Source of the DNA: Carpediemonas membranifera BICM | Lineage: Eukaryota; Protista; Fornicata | Direction: 5' to 3' | Assembly: GCA_019828565.1 (NCBI GenBank) | Contig: JAHDYR010000033.1 | Location: 91,727-155,726, forward strand | Length of the DNA stretch: 64,000 bases | Part shown: positions 36,973-49,032 of the stretch, piece by piece | Position numbering within the stretch: the first letter of the stretch is position 1 | Layout of the letters: every line of letters starts with the position of its first letter | The notes under the pieces: model-generated | Database searches by the model: none | What the model was told of the DNA's origin: nothing | What the model saw: the letters and a program-made list of their open reading frames with translations, nothing else | Position numbers and translations under genes: made by a program

Positions 36973-39600
36973 GAGGGGCTCGTGCTAGTGGACGTCGAGA
37001 CGGGGGAGGTCGTTGGCCATGGCCACGGCCTCTTCTATGAGCCCAACCTGCCGGCCAACAAGGTGGACCAGAGCAGATACGCGACGTGGGCAGTGACGGG
37101 GATTCCCCCAGCGACGTTCGTGGAAGTGGACACAGGGGAGGTGCCGATGGACTATCAGCAGCACTTCAGCAGATTTAGAGAGTGGGCCACGCGGCTCGCA
37201 GCCAAGCTGAGAGACAGAGAGACCAGGGAGAACTGGAAGCTAGTCCTTCATGCCAAGGGCGTCCACATGGAGAAGTTCCTCCTGACGAACGAGGTCAACG
37301 GGCTCAACAGGGACACCAGGGACTTCTTTAGAATGAGGCTGGTGGACGACAGCGAGCTGGCCGACGCCATCGAGGAGCTCGCCCCGGATAAGGCAAGAGA
37401 GTACAGGGCAAACTACGAGATCAAGAACTACAGGGAGATGGCAGATATATGGGCCAGCCAATGGCAGCGCAGGGAGCTCCCGAAGGGGGCCTGTCCGTAC
37501 CACAGGCACACTGCAGGGTGCTACCATTGTGCGCTGGCAGATGCAACGTTGTTCGCGGCGAAGGTGTGGGGCATGATGCTGAAGAAGATGAGCACGCCGG
37601 ATCTGGAGAGTGCGATGGGTAACGCTTTCAACAGCATGTATGACACGGTCAGGGACGCAGGGATCAGAGACGACCTCTGCGGAGGCAACGGAGTAGCGTA
37701 CAGGCGTGAGACCTTCAACATCTTCGGAGGGCACCCGTACGGCAACAGCAGGGACCTAAGCAGGGAAGAGGGCGACCGCATCCTAGTGGTCCCGGACAAC
37801 GATCACTGCTATGGGATCGGCTTCGGATTCAGCGAGGTCATTAAGGGTATGAAGGGCATCCTATTGGCCCCAACCACGGTCATGGAGAGGGGAGTCATCA
37901 CGAGAGTCCCCATATGGTCGATCCATGAGAACACGACCCACATTCAGAGACTGATGCTGCAGGGAAGAGCTGGCAGGGCAGTTACTAGGGACGAGGACAT
38001 CGTCACCATCGCGATGGTCTACAGCTGGTGGCCCTCAAGGGAGGATACTGCTCATCAGGGTCAGCCGGGAGTTCCCGACCTGGCAGAGAGCGTCAGACGC
38101 GAGGAGAAAGCCATAGCGAACGTCAGGGCACCCCCAGGGTATAGCGCAACCATCAGAGCGGCCTTCATCCCGAGAGACTGGGGCTGTATCAGGGTCAGAG
38201 AGGCAGGGACGACACTGGGACGGATGAAGAAGGTGGGGACCCGTATGGTGTCCACGACCATCCCGCCAGAGGATAACTGCAAGATCACCCAGAGGCCGAC
38301 GGTTAAGTACATCCCGTCAAGAGATGGAAAGGAGGAGAGACCCTACACGGTCGATTACTCGGACATGGGCATAGAGGGATCTATCAGACGGCTCACCGAG
38401 ATGATTGGCACGCCGGTCGGGCCAGTAGGCCGAGATGACCTCTATACCAACAACCGCCGAGCCGACGGAACCCTCAGAGACGAGAGAGAGCCCAGAAACA
38501 ACGGCGTCCATCGGTGCGACAGAGAGCGCAGGGACGATCAGGGCAGAGACTCCGGAGAGAGCAGACGCCGCTCACCCCCTCATGGGACCGGCAAGAGGAG
38601 TGGCAAGGACAGGGCGGTGAGCTACACAGGGGCTGGAAGGAGGGGCAAGCTCGACGGCGACGCCCGTTACGAGGCTTGAAGCAGACAGTCGAGTGACAGC
38701 GACGCGGAGAGGGACGAACTCAGGAAGGAACTTGATGAAGCCAAGAAGCTGATTCTCACACTCAGGGCCAGGGACAGCAGGGAGGAGGAGCAGGCGACGC
38801 CAACCCCAGCACCGGCTGACACCCAGGGAAACCAGGGTACCGGCAAGGAGCACAGGGTAGTCCGCCACAAGAAGAGGACTCGGACAAAGAGGTCTCGCAA
38901 GCCGAGACAGCTAAACCAGATGGAGCTAGTGGCCCAGATCGTGTCAACGGTGATGACGACCATGCAGCAACAACAGGGGATGGCAACCGAGAACCAGAGC
39001 GATGATGGCAGTGACAGTGGCAACTCAACGGAGACCGATTAAGCAGGGTAAAGTGGTATTCTTTGAGAGTGATAGTGACAGTTGCGAGTTCTTTTCTTTT
39101 AATCCAACCCTGGCTCCCACCCAGGGTCCGGCATTAGCTGAAATGCACTGCCGGTGGGCTGTGGCGGCAGCCAAAGGGGGGTCACGCCAATGCGCCCCCT
39201 CCTAAGTATCCCTGCCCGAAGGTAAGGATGGTCACCAGGGTAACCCATAGTTGGCCCGCCATGGGTAACTGGAGCCGGCACGAAGGCCCCGTGACGGGAC
39301 AAGGGCAGATTGCAGGGAATTTCCGAAAATTCGCAGGATAGGAAAGACGGAGTACAAGAATGGAAACGATCAAGATAGCGAGCCTGAACACTGAGGGACA
39401 CATCGGGAAGGGAAAGGACTTCACGGCCTCAATGGCAACGGCTATAAGGATGAAACTGAGCGACACAGATGCAGTATGCATCCAAGAAACGTGGAGGACG
39501 GCGAATACGAGGGTACACAACTTCATAGACTTCGACTACGCAATGGCAGGGAAGGAAACAGAGGAGGAGCTAGCTATGGACAACGAGAGGAGGAAGAAAG
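36973..39600 (+). mobile_element. LINE-B 5' portion: ORF1 (~36973-39040) and ORF2 endonuclease start (39360), interrupted by E5
   Basis: IKIASLNTEG...VCIQETW; ORF1 with CPYH..HCALAD and a coiled-coil tail. Confidence 0.85.
39107..39202 (+). other. Conserved structured RNA candidate in LINE-B inter-ORF spacer
   Basis: ACCCTG/CAGGGT, CCGGCA/TGCCGG, GGCTG/CAGCC, G-run/C-run stems. Confidence 0.55.
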
Positions 39601-39718
39601 TGTGGTGAGGCGCAGTTTAAGGTTTTGGTTTTTGACCATTTTCACCACTGCGGTTTCCAGGAGTAAATCAGTTCTCATCCATTAATTGGAAAGTTCCCTT
39701 CAAGGCCAAACCAAGCAC

Positions 39719-39730
39719 AGTATCGATACT
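39719..39730 (+). promoter_or_regulatory. Palindrome at PBS position of E5: AGTATCGATACT
   Basis: Follows ...AAGCACA; gag ATG at 39733. Confidence 0.8.
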
Positions 39731-39732
39731 AC

Positions 39733-42157
39733 ATGCAGTCTTTTGGCATCACCATCCCGTATTTGCGATCGCTTACGCGTTCTGCCTTCTTCACCTTCCA
39801 GGACGACGTCGATCACTACCAAGTTCAAGCGAGAGCCCTCAATCTCCAACTACCTCCCCTTGCAACCTTCCTTAGCCCATCTGTCACGCGCCTCGTGCGC
39901 CTCCGCGTCCCTATCGACGATATCCCCGACGGCGACCTCTTCGACACTATCGCGACCGAGTTCTTCAAGTTTCATACACAAGTTGAAGCTTACCAGTCTA
40001 TCCAGCGCCTCCGCCTGCGCTCCCTCGAGCCGCCGGCCCTCTTAGCCCACATAGACACTTACCATAAGACCCTCGCGCTATGTGATGATAACACTCGCCC
40101 CATCGATCAACAGACGCGGAAGCTCTTCACTGCCTCGCTCCCCTCGGCCCTCAAGACTCGCCTCAAGATCGTTAGCCCCGAGACCTTCGCTGAGGCCTGT
40201 GAGGCGGCCATCACAGAGCTCGATGACATAGTCTCCATCCGCGCGCAGAGCGAATCTTTCCGCGACGAGCCCCGCCTCGACATGCCGCCCCGGCGCCCTC
40301 CGCCCATCAAGGCCAAGGCTGAGCCGACCGCCCCTACCGTCGATCGCCGGCCGAAGTCGGAGCTCATCTGCCACGGTTGTGGCCTCACAGGTCATGTACG
40401 GCCCGAGTGCCCTCACCGGGATCACCCCGGCTTCTTCGCGCATGGCATCCGTCGCCAAGCGCTCAACCTCACTGCTAAGTTGGCCGCCCACACCAACAAC
40501 AGCAGCCCTCATGTGAGCCTCCATTTCTCTGACCACGTCCCTCGCACCGCCTTGCTTGATACCGGTGCCAGCCTTAACTTCATCCCTCCAGCGCTTGCCG
40601 AGGAGATGCACCTGCGTCTCTTCGAGGCCCACGTCCCGCTCGAGACGGCCAACGGCACTATTACCGCGGAGTATACGACCCGTCCCGTGACTATCACACT
40701 GCAGCTCGAGCGCCCAGTGGAGGTCACGGCGGAGTTCTTCGTCCTCCCTTCCGCCGGAGAGCTAATCATCGGCGTGCCCACGATACGCGCCGTGGGTTTG
40801 TTGCCCGACCTGCTCGCCCCGCGCGCCGAGGCAGAGTTCGTTGAGGCCACCCCGGTGCCCCTGCCTGACGATCGTGCACCAGCCGAGATCGCTCATCCGC
40901 TGATCCAGGACTACCCGGACCTGTTCGCTTCTGAACTGCCTGGTGTCATCGGTGTTGAGCCTTTCCACATTGACACCGACGTCGCCCCGTTTCCACCGCG
41001 CCGTATGTCGCCCGCCCTAGCTGAGGCCGTCAAGGCAGAGGTAGATGGGCTCCTCGCCAGAGGCATTATCCAACCCTCGACCTCGCCTTTCGCCTCCCCC
41101 GCCTTCACAGTGCCGAAGCGCGGGGGCAAGCGTCGCATGGTAATTGACTACCGGCGCCTGAACGAGAAAACGGTCCCCCTGCAGTACCCGCTAAGCAACC
41201 CGGCTGAGCTGCATCGTAGGCTCGCCGGCCATAACTACTACACGACGATTGACCTGGTCAGCGGATATCACCAGGTTCCGGTGGACCCGGCCTCCCGTCC
41301 TCTCACGGCATTCGCGACGCCCGCTGGCCTGTTTGAGTTCTGCCGTCTCCCTTTCGGTCTACGTTGTGCCCCTGCCTTTTTCCAACGTATGATGATGTCT
41401 GTGCTCAACGGACTCGTCGGTCGCATCTGTGAGGTATACCTAGACGACGTGATCATCCATGGGGACACCCAGGAAGAGCTGGATCGCAACACGCGCGCCG
41501 TATTCGACCGCCTCCAGCAACACCAGTTCCGTCTGGGTCGTGACAAGTGCCAGTTCGCGAAGACCGAGGTAGAGTACGTGGGACACCTCATCTCGAAGAA
41601 AGGCATCCGCACATCACCGGAGCGCGTCGCTGCTATCGTCGCGATGAAGCCCCCTTCGTCGGTCGCGGCGGTGCGCTCATTCACGGGTATGACTAACTAC
41701 CTGCGGGAATTTATTCCGAACTACGCATCGGTCCTGGCGCCCATCGTCGACCTCACCAAGGCAAAAGTGCCGTTCGTCTGGGGCAAAGCCCAACAGCAGG
41801 CCTTCGAGGAAGTGAAGCGCCTCATCATGCGCCGACCGATCCTCGCGTACCCCGACTACTCCCGGACGCTCATCGTGCGTACCGACGCCTCCACCGCCGG
41901 TTGCGGCGGTGTTCTCCTGCAGGAGAAGGACGGTGAGGAACAAGTCATCGCCTACACCTCCCACCGTTTCACTGAGGCCGAGCAACGCTGGAGCACCATC
42001 GAACAGGAGCTCTTTGGCGTGTTCCATGCCATCATCAGCTTCGAGCATTTCATCCTAGGGCACCCCTTCGTTGTCGAGACGGACCATCGGAATTTGACCT
42101 ATCTTGAGTCCACCACTACGCCTAAGCTCGTCCGCTGGCGCCTTCGCCTCTCCGAAT
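39733..42157 (+). CDS. gag-pol: E5 gag-PR-RT-RNase H single ORF
   Basis: CHGCGLTGHVRPEC, LDTGA, YLDD, RTDAS, ETDHRNL. Confidence 0.93.
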
Positions 42158-42261
42158 TGTGGTGGGCACAGAACAACAACAATCAATGCGAAGTGTTTAA
42201 ATAGGGTCGAACCCTAGTGGTAAATATGGCCTAAATATATACGGGTCAGGTGACCGCTACA
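42158..42261 (-). repeat. E6 3' LTR (104 bp)
   Basis: Matches 62755-62858. Confidence 0.95.
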
Positions 42262-42688
42262 CTGCCCCCATGACTTCCACCATAACATTGTGGATTGTCA
42301 TCAAATTGAAAGATATCGATCAAATATAAAAGATCTTGTCGTCCCCAGACCTAATCTAAATTCCTTTTGCGATCTTCGGAAATTTGGTCCTTTTTGTCAG
42401 ATTTGGCACAAAATGAGTCATTGCGTCTAAGTTGCCAGTGACGACGGATTGGTACGTAACTATGATCTTCTTCACGCTCTATACTTCGTTCTTCTCCATT
42501 TCTGTCTCTTTCGCGCTTCTGTCTCGCTTCTTCAGTTTCATCGCTTCTCATTAGTTCGTTTCGGCGAGTTCACGCTCTCTCTCTCTCTTAGGTGATCATT
42601 TGCGTTCATTATCATTATCCTCGTGATTGCAATCACTTTTCCTCTTCTTCTCTTCTTTCTTCATCAAACAACATCAACAGCACACGTC

Positions 42689-44683
42689 TCAGGGGGATTT
42701 ACCGGCGTGGCGTCCCTTCCTGAGCGATGGAAGCTTCAATCTCGGATGCTCATTAATGTATGCGTCCAGGGCAGCTAATCCATCGATTTCGCGGCTGTAA
42801 TCGGTCCATGTGCCTTCGTCGTCATCGTAGCCCTCCCACAAGAGGAGGAACTGAAGGTTGCCCGCTTGTCGGCGATGGTCAGCAACCTTCCTAACCACGT
42901 ACTCTCCTTCGTTGCGGGCTGCCCAGTGTTTGAGCTCAGCGTCAGTGTAGCTGCCCTCGAACTGGTAAAGCTCAGAGGCATGTACTGTCAGGCGGTGGTC
43001 AGTGGTGAGGTCTTGAACGACGTAGGTGTTGGGGCGGTCGGGATTGGTGGAGATGACCCGGACCGGGCCCCGGGGTACGATGCCTATGGCAGTTTTGCGC
43101 TGGATCATGGCGGCGGATCCAAGGAGATGACTCGCTGGATGGCTCTGCGCTGGAGTTTGGCCACCGACAGCGCGTTGTCTGCTCTGTAAACAGCGTAGGG
43201 TGGTACGGAAGTGGTCGACGGTGAGGGAAGGTTGTCTAGTCGGTTCGTGGACGTCCCTGGCGTATAGGACTTCGTACGGCGACAGGTTGGAGGCGGTTAG
43301 AGGTGCGTTGTTGATTATATTCGTGATTCGTGGTAAGGCGTCCTCCCAGTCGTCGTCATGTTCGAGAATCCAGGCGCGTAGGTGTCTCTTCACCTCTTTG
43401 TTCGCTCTTTCAACAGCACCCTGTCCCGCAGGATGATAAGGCGTACCGATCTCGTGTCTTATACCGTGGTCTTGGCAAAATTCTCTGATGGTTCTGTTAT
43501 GGTACTGTGAGCCACCATCGGTAATCAAGCATGTCGGGGAGCCATAGTGTTTCATCCATGTCGATAAAGCCGAACGTGCAGATACAGCGTCCGTGCTCTT
43601 CGTGGGGTAGGCTTGGGTGAGTCTAGTAAACGTGTCGATAATCACAACCGCGTAGCGGTGTTGCCCGGGCAGTGAGAGGGGACCAATGGTGTCGGCCTCC
43701 ACTACTTCGAAGGGTCGGCTGCCGGTCATGGGATGGGTCGCTTGGGGAAACGGTGAAAGCTTGAGGCGTGTCAACTGGCAAACAGGGCACTGTCTTATCC
43801 AGGCAGTAACGTCCCGGCGCATGCCAGGCCAGCCCTTGTCGGCGGCTATGATGCGTTTGCAGGTGGCATCACGGCCAAGGTGACCAGCATCTCCGCCATG
43901 TGCTTCTTGGAAGGATTCCCGATGCGCCTCGGGTGGAGGGGAAGGTTCGACGGAGGTCTCGTCCAGGTGAACGAGGCGGGACAGGGTGTCCGCTACAGAG
44001 TTGTCGGAACCTGGAACGTGTACGATGTCGAATGAGTACTCAGACAGCGCGAGGCTCCACCTAATCACCTTGGAATTCAAGGAACGGTCCATGTAGACCA
44101 AGTTACGGTGATCTAGATGAGCTGTGAAGTCTCGTCCAGCGAGATAGCGTCTGAACTTGGTAGTACCGAAGTACAGAGCGTAGCACTCTTTCTCTATCGT
44201 AGACCAACGGCGCTGTTGGGGCGTGAGCGTCTTGGCGAAGAACGCGATGGGCTTAAACTCCGCGTTCATCAGCACGCCACCAATGCCGTAGTCTGATGCG
44301 TCCGTAAAAATGTGGAGATGTTCGTCGGGACAGGGGTGGACCAGCGTGCGCTGCAGTAGAAGCTCTCGCTTAATCTGCTCAAACGCGTCATGTTGTCGGT
44401 CGCCCCAAACGAACTTTTCGGCGGCTCGGGTGAGCTCGGTGATGGGTTCAGTCATATCGACGTAACGCTCAATGAGTGCTCGAAAGTAGTTCGCGAACCC
44501 GAGCAAGGCTCGGGCGTCCGTCAGACTAGTCGGCTCCTTGAGATCATGGATGGCCTCCAGACGGTCGGGGGAGATCCGCTTACCGTCCTTGTCTACTCGC
44601 CAGCCCAAATAGTCGATGGAAGTCGCTCCAATGACCGTCTTGGAAGGATTAAGCTTCAGACCGGCCGCGTGGATGCGAGCTAA
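42689..44683 (-). CDS. pol: E6 pol 3' part (RT end, RNase H, integrase, chromodomain)
   Basis: FTDAS, integrase DDE, GEYVVRKVADHR..WEGY. Confidence 0.92.
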   Translation of the reverse strand, partial: LARIHAAGLKLNPSKTVIGATSIDYLGWRVDKDGKRISPDRLEAIHDLKEPTSLTDARALLGFANYFRALIERYVDMTEPITELTRAAEKFVWGDRQHDAFEQIKRELLLQRTLVHPCPDEHLHIFTDASDYGIGGVLMNAEFKPIAFFAKTLTPQQRRWSTIEKECYALYFGTTKFRRYLAGRDFTAHLDHRNLVYMDRSLNSKVIRWSLALSEYSFDIVHVPGSDNSVADTLSRLVHLDETSVEPSPPPEAHRESFQEAHGGDAGHLGRDATCKRIIAADKGWPGMRRDVTAWIRQCPVCQLTRLKLSPFPQATHPMTGSRPFEVVEADTIGPLSLPGQHRYAVVIIDTFTRLTQAYPTKSTDAVSARSALSTWMKHYGSPTCLITDGGSQYHNRTIREFCQDHGIRHEIGTPYHPAGQGAVERANKEVKRHLRAWILEHDDDWEDALPRITNIINNAPLTASNLSPYEVLYARDVHEPTRQPSLTVDHFRTTLRCLQSRQRAVGGQTPAQSHPASHLLGSAAMIQRKTAIGIVPRGPVRVISTNPDRPNTYVVQDLTTDHRLTVHASELYQFEGSYTDAELKHWAARNEGEYVVRKVADHRRQAGNLQFLLLWEGYDDDEGTWTDYSREIDGLAALDAYINEHPRLKLPSLRKGRHAGKSP

Positions 44684-44744
44684 TGTGCCGGGGCGAAGAG
44701 ATTGGAACCTTTACATAAACTGCGGACGTGGATGCCTTATGACA
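44684..44744 (-). repeat. E7 3' LTR (61 bp), contains the pol stop codon
   Basis: Matches 60795-60855; ORF 44737..45225 stops inside it. Confidence 0.95.
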
Positions 44745-45286
44745 TCCTACCCCCCTTAAGCTTGAGCTTGTGGGACTTGAGGTAGTCACGTGCCGCAGTG
44801 ACGTGGCGGAGCCCGTCAGCGGGTTCCCATGTGGGATCGTAGTCGCCCTCCCAGCAGACGAGGAGCTGCAGTGTGCCGTTGCGGCGACGGTGCTTCTCGA
44901 TGCCTTGCACGACGTACGTCTGCTCGTCGGAGGCGGCGAGGTTCTTCAGGCGGCTGAGCCCCGACTTGGTGTTGAAAGGAAGGACCTGGTCTACGTGAGC
45001 CATGAAGGGGGCGCTCTCGAAAAGGTCGACCAGCTGAAGGGTGTTGTTGTCCTTGATGGCGAGAATCTTGAACGGGCCGGCGAAGCCATGCAGCTTTGGG
45101 GTCTTCGTCCGGTTGAGCAGGACGAGGTCGCCTTCCTTGAAGCTAGTCGGCTGGCGGTCGGCGTTCGCCTTGGCGAGGCGCTTGTCTACAGTCTCGCGCT
45201 GCTTCTCGGCCGCCCTAGAGGTCAACTTGGAGAGGTGGGCTCGAAGTAAAGTGATGTAGGCTGAGGCTGAGGCAAGGGGCGAGTCA
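44737..45286 (-). CDS. pol: E7 integrase C-terminus and chromodomain
   Basis: GPF motif, YVVQGIEKHR..WEG..TWEP. Confidence 0.88.
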
Positions 45287-46371
45287 CATACTGTTAGAAT
45301 GGCCAGTTAATCCGGGGATATACGGAGGATAAACGCAAATTCCTTATTCGTGCTTCAGGGCGTTCGAAGTCCTAAGAAGCAGCTGAAATGATAGATGCGA
45401 GTGCATTAATGACATATCCATGCTTGATGTAACATGTGCGAGATTGGTGGTCGAGCAAATTGCCTCTCGCATTTTAAGGTCGAAGGCAAAAGTGGTCGTA
45501 CGACCAAGTGGCCTTGTCAGCAAAGTCTGTGTGTTCTAAAGAGTATCCTCTGTTGTTTTTATGCGTCAACTCCTTCTCAGTCGCCGGGAACTAATGACTG
45601 AATCAACCAATCAAAAGAATGAAGCTGTCCCCCAGAAAGCAGGCCATACTACGGTGGTATATAGTCAGTATACATCATCGGAGTATGTTCGGTTTTCTGG
45701 GGGACAGATTCAATCTTCTGTATCTCAAAATTTGCAATTTTTTTATCGGCGATAAGATGGAATCAGAAGACTTGGCTCAGAGCTCAAGTGCACTTAGCTC
45801 CATAGAGCTGAGATCGGCAATTGGCATGATCCACCGCCGCAGAAGGTGCCCAAAGAGGCGCTGACGTTGAGCGGTCGATCATGGCCGTTTAACACATCAA
45901 CGGGGGCCTCATCCCATGCAGTATCCATAACTTTTTACCATTTTCTTCTAGCTGCACTGGTTGGCAAATGAGCATTTTGTGTCGCCTTCATCATGGCAAT
46001 ATTCGAGATCAAATCCAGATTTGCTTTTTTTGTGCACAAGGAGCACAACAGCAAATTCGCAAGTAATGCAGATGAAAATCAGATGAATCTTAATCAGGCA
46101 CTCTCATACACACACTGCTTTAGTTTCGGAGCCAACGTCCATAAACTGAAGGAGTTCTGAACATTGTTTCACCAATTGTGTGAAACTGGTGAAATTGTGA
46201 AATAGTGTTGAAACGGCCAGAGAAGAAGAAGGAACCCCGGCAGCGCAGTTGTAGCTGCTCTTATAGAGCTATAGCAACAGCCAAATTGTCTGATTTATCT
46301 CACAGACCGTTGCGCATGTACCTGCCTAGTTTTTGTACAAAAATCTTGTTTTTTTAAACTCTACAGAAATC

Positions 46372-48910
46372 ATGGTTGCTCATATTGTGTTCGAGAGCCA
46401 CATCGGTACAATATATGATGACCAGCCACGCTCAGTTGAGCGCATGAATTACCTTCTTGGCTGTACCTACTTCGCCATGGTCGGAATTGGCCTCAACTCC
46501 GCCAGAACAAGACCTCAGCGCGAGCAATTCTGCCAGCTCGTCCGCGAGATGGAGGAGGCGGACCTGATCTCCCAGCGCATTCACGACGCAAGGTTCTTCC
46601 GCCCTCCAGCAGACTCCCGTCCCTTCCAACGTGCCGCAACCGCACACGGAAATCAACACCCTCCTCACCCTGTCTTCGTACGGGACGATTACCGCACCCA
46701 CGCCATCCAGGAGCGTGCTGTGCAGGACTACAACGACTCAGAGGAGCGCTCCGCCAACTTTTCTGAGATCATGGAGCTCACATCGATCCTGATGTACGTC
46801 CGCAATGGCTTCAACTCGACCCAAGAGCTCTTTAAGCTCATCAACAACATCTCCCGCCGGCTTGGAAAGCCGATCTCGAAGAACAAGACCGCGGAGGTGC
46901 TCATTAAGGACCTTGGCATTGACATGACCAGAATATCTGGTGTCTCAGAGGCCCTCACTGAGGAGGAGCGCGCCTTCGTCAAGCATCTCGTGCCGTGCAG
47001 GTCGGTCTCAGGCAATACAACATGGCGGCGTACCATGTCCGGCACGCAGTCGCGACTTGAGCTCACGAACCGTTTGACTGTAGCCGACGGAGCCGAGCCG
47101 ACTCCGTTTTTCGACCACGACCTCGTCGCCGACCACACTTGGGAGCGACCGACGCTCACCCTCCACTATGACAGCGAATCCGACGCTGTCCAGCACTACC
47201 AGTCCCTCAAAGGCAGTGTAGGTATCGCCCATCTGGGCAAGCGACTGAACAGCTCGACCTGGGACAAGGTGGAAACGGTGTGGTTCGATGGCGTGTACTA
47301 TCTGCAGCAGGCAGTGCTTCACCCGGAGTGGCTCGAGTCTGACCAGACGAACTTCGAGCGTTGCTCTCGTGCCCTTCAGGACCCAGGCCATGTCGAGTTC
47401 CAACCACTAAAACTACTCCTGTGGCTCGACGCATGGAAGGGACATACCGCAACGTTCAAGATCCGCATCTACGACCCGTCAGGCTTCACGTTCCCTAACC
47501 GCATCACTCCCCCCTTCCGACTCGTTGAGTGTCTTGCCGGTGAGAAGGAGCTGACGGAGGAGGGAAACCTTCAACTCGTTGAGGAAGAAGTCGAGCGGAT
47601 CTATCAAGCCCTCATACCGATCAGAGGAACTGACCAGGTCACCACCTTCGACCAAGTCATCGTCATGGGCGATCACGCGGCCATCAGGAAGCTGTCATCC
47701 GGCATCGAGGGTAATGGAGGGCACTATCCCCAGCCCTTCAACAGCATCCGTCGAGACCACAAGGCGCTGCACCCCATTCCGGCGCACTCTCGGGTCACCT
47801 TGCATGATTTGCTCGAGCAGAAGGCAGCGTTCCACGCCGTGCAGGCCGACCCCGACCGTGTGCAGGACCCGAAAGAGGAGTATGGCAACTTCTCCGACAA
47901 GAGGGCCATCTTCGAGAACCGGCCAGAGCCCCGAGTCATCCACACGGAGCGAGTTGTCTTTTGTCCTCCGATCATGCACAACTCGCACCGCCTGCTCGAG
48001 CAAGTGGCACGGCTATGCGCCAGCTTCCCCGCTGATCGGAACGCAACTGCCGTAGACAAGCGCAAGCTCCAGCGCATGTCATCCAACCGCAGTATTGACC
48101 GCACTGTCGGGTGCAACGAGCAGTCTGCTGCCAGAGTTCGCATGGCGAACACCACGAACGAGGATTACGAGGCTCTTCCTGAGTCCGTCCAAGATATTGT
48201 GCGACTCATTGGCTATCTCCAGGCTCTTTACTACTCAACCGAGCCTGTCACCGACAGCAAAGTCGCATTCCACTTCTTGGCCGCGTCCATGTGCCACCTG
48301 TTCCACGTCATGCTCAGTCTGCAGGCACACCAGACAAAGCTGGCGTTGCTCCCTCCTGGGCAAGCAGACAAGGCGGAGAAGCCATGTGCCCAGACACTCT
48401 ATGTCAACAGCAGGCTCACTGCCCAGCCTCTTCTTCACGATCATCTCCGCATTCCTCTTTTTTTACCTCCTCGAGGAGTTCTTTGAGAGAGAGTTCATCA
48501 AGAACCAGGAGGTCCGAGCCGAGTTGCACAGGTCGGCCATGATCGAGAAGCTGTGTTTGACCGAGCAGACCACCCTCATCTGCACGTTCTTAACGGGTAT
48601 TCGCTCGTTCGGTCGCCAGGACTACTCAGTCCCCCCGCTGAACAGGCTTCGTCGTGTCCGAGTCCACCAATGCTGCAGACAAGCTCGCTCATGGTTCGCC
48701 ATTCGCAGCCACATGGAGGCAAGGCACCAATTCCATGCCACGGCGGCGGTGGTGCGCCTCTTCCAGGAGCTCGTTGACGAGATGTGGCAGTACGTCAACG
48801 ATTATACGGCTTTGGCATGGGACGAAGAGTCTGGGGTGATGGTTTGCGAGTTGGCAGACATGGGTGAGGAGCTTGTTTGCTGCATTTGCGGTCATGCACG
48901 CGCTGAGTAG
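46372..48910 (+). CDS. Putative DDE transposase of the 12-kb element (frameshift at T-run ~48460)
   Basis: LWLD, MGDH, GGHYPQPF, PPIMH, EEFFERE: spacing resembles CMC/Transib/RAG1-like D..D..(CxxC)..H..E; lies inside TIRs. Confidence 0.62.
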
Positions 48911-49032
48911 TGAGTAAAGGAGTTTTATTGGTCAGTACATCCCATTTGGTGTGTTTCCCCCAACTACCAATTTTTTTTCAACATTGGTAGTTTCACAATT
49001 TTCACATTACGTCACTTGTTTGGTGAAAAACA

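Noticed and set aside
45561-45864. Duplicated small ORFs (45561, 45619 versus 26712, 26717)
   Set aside because: They reflect the duplicated transposon end; no evidence of coding.
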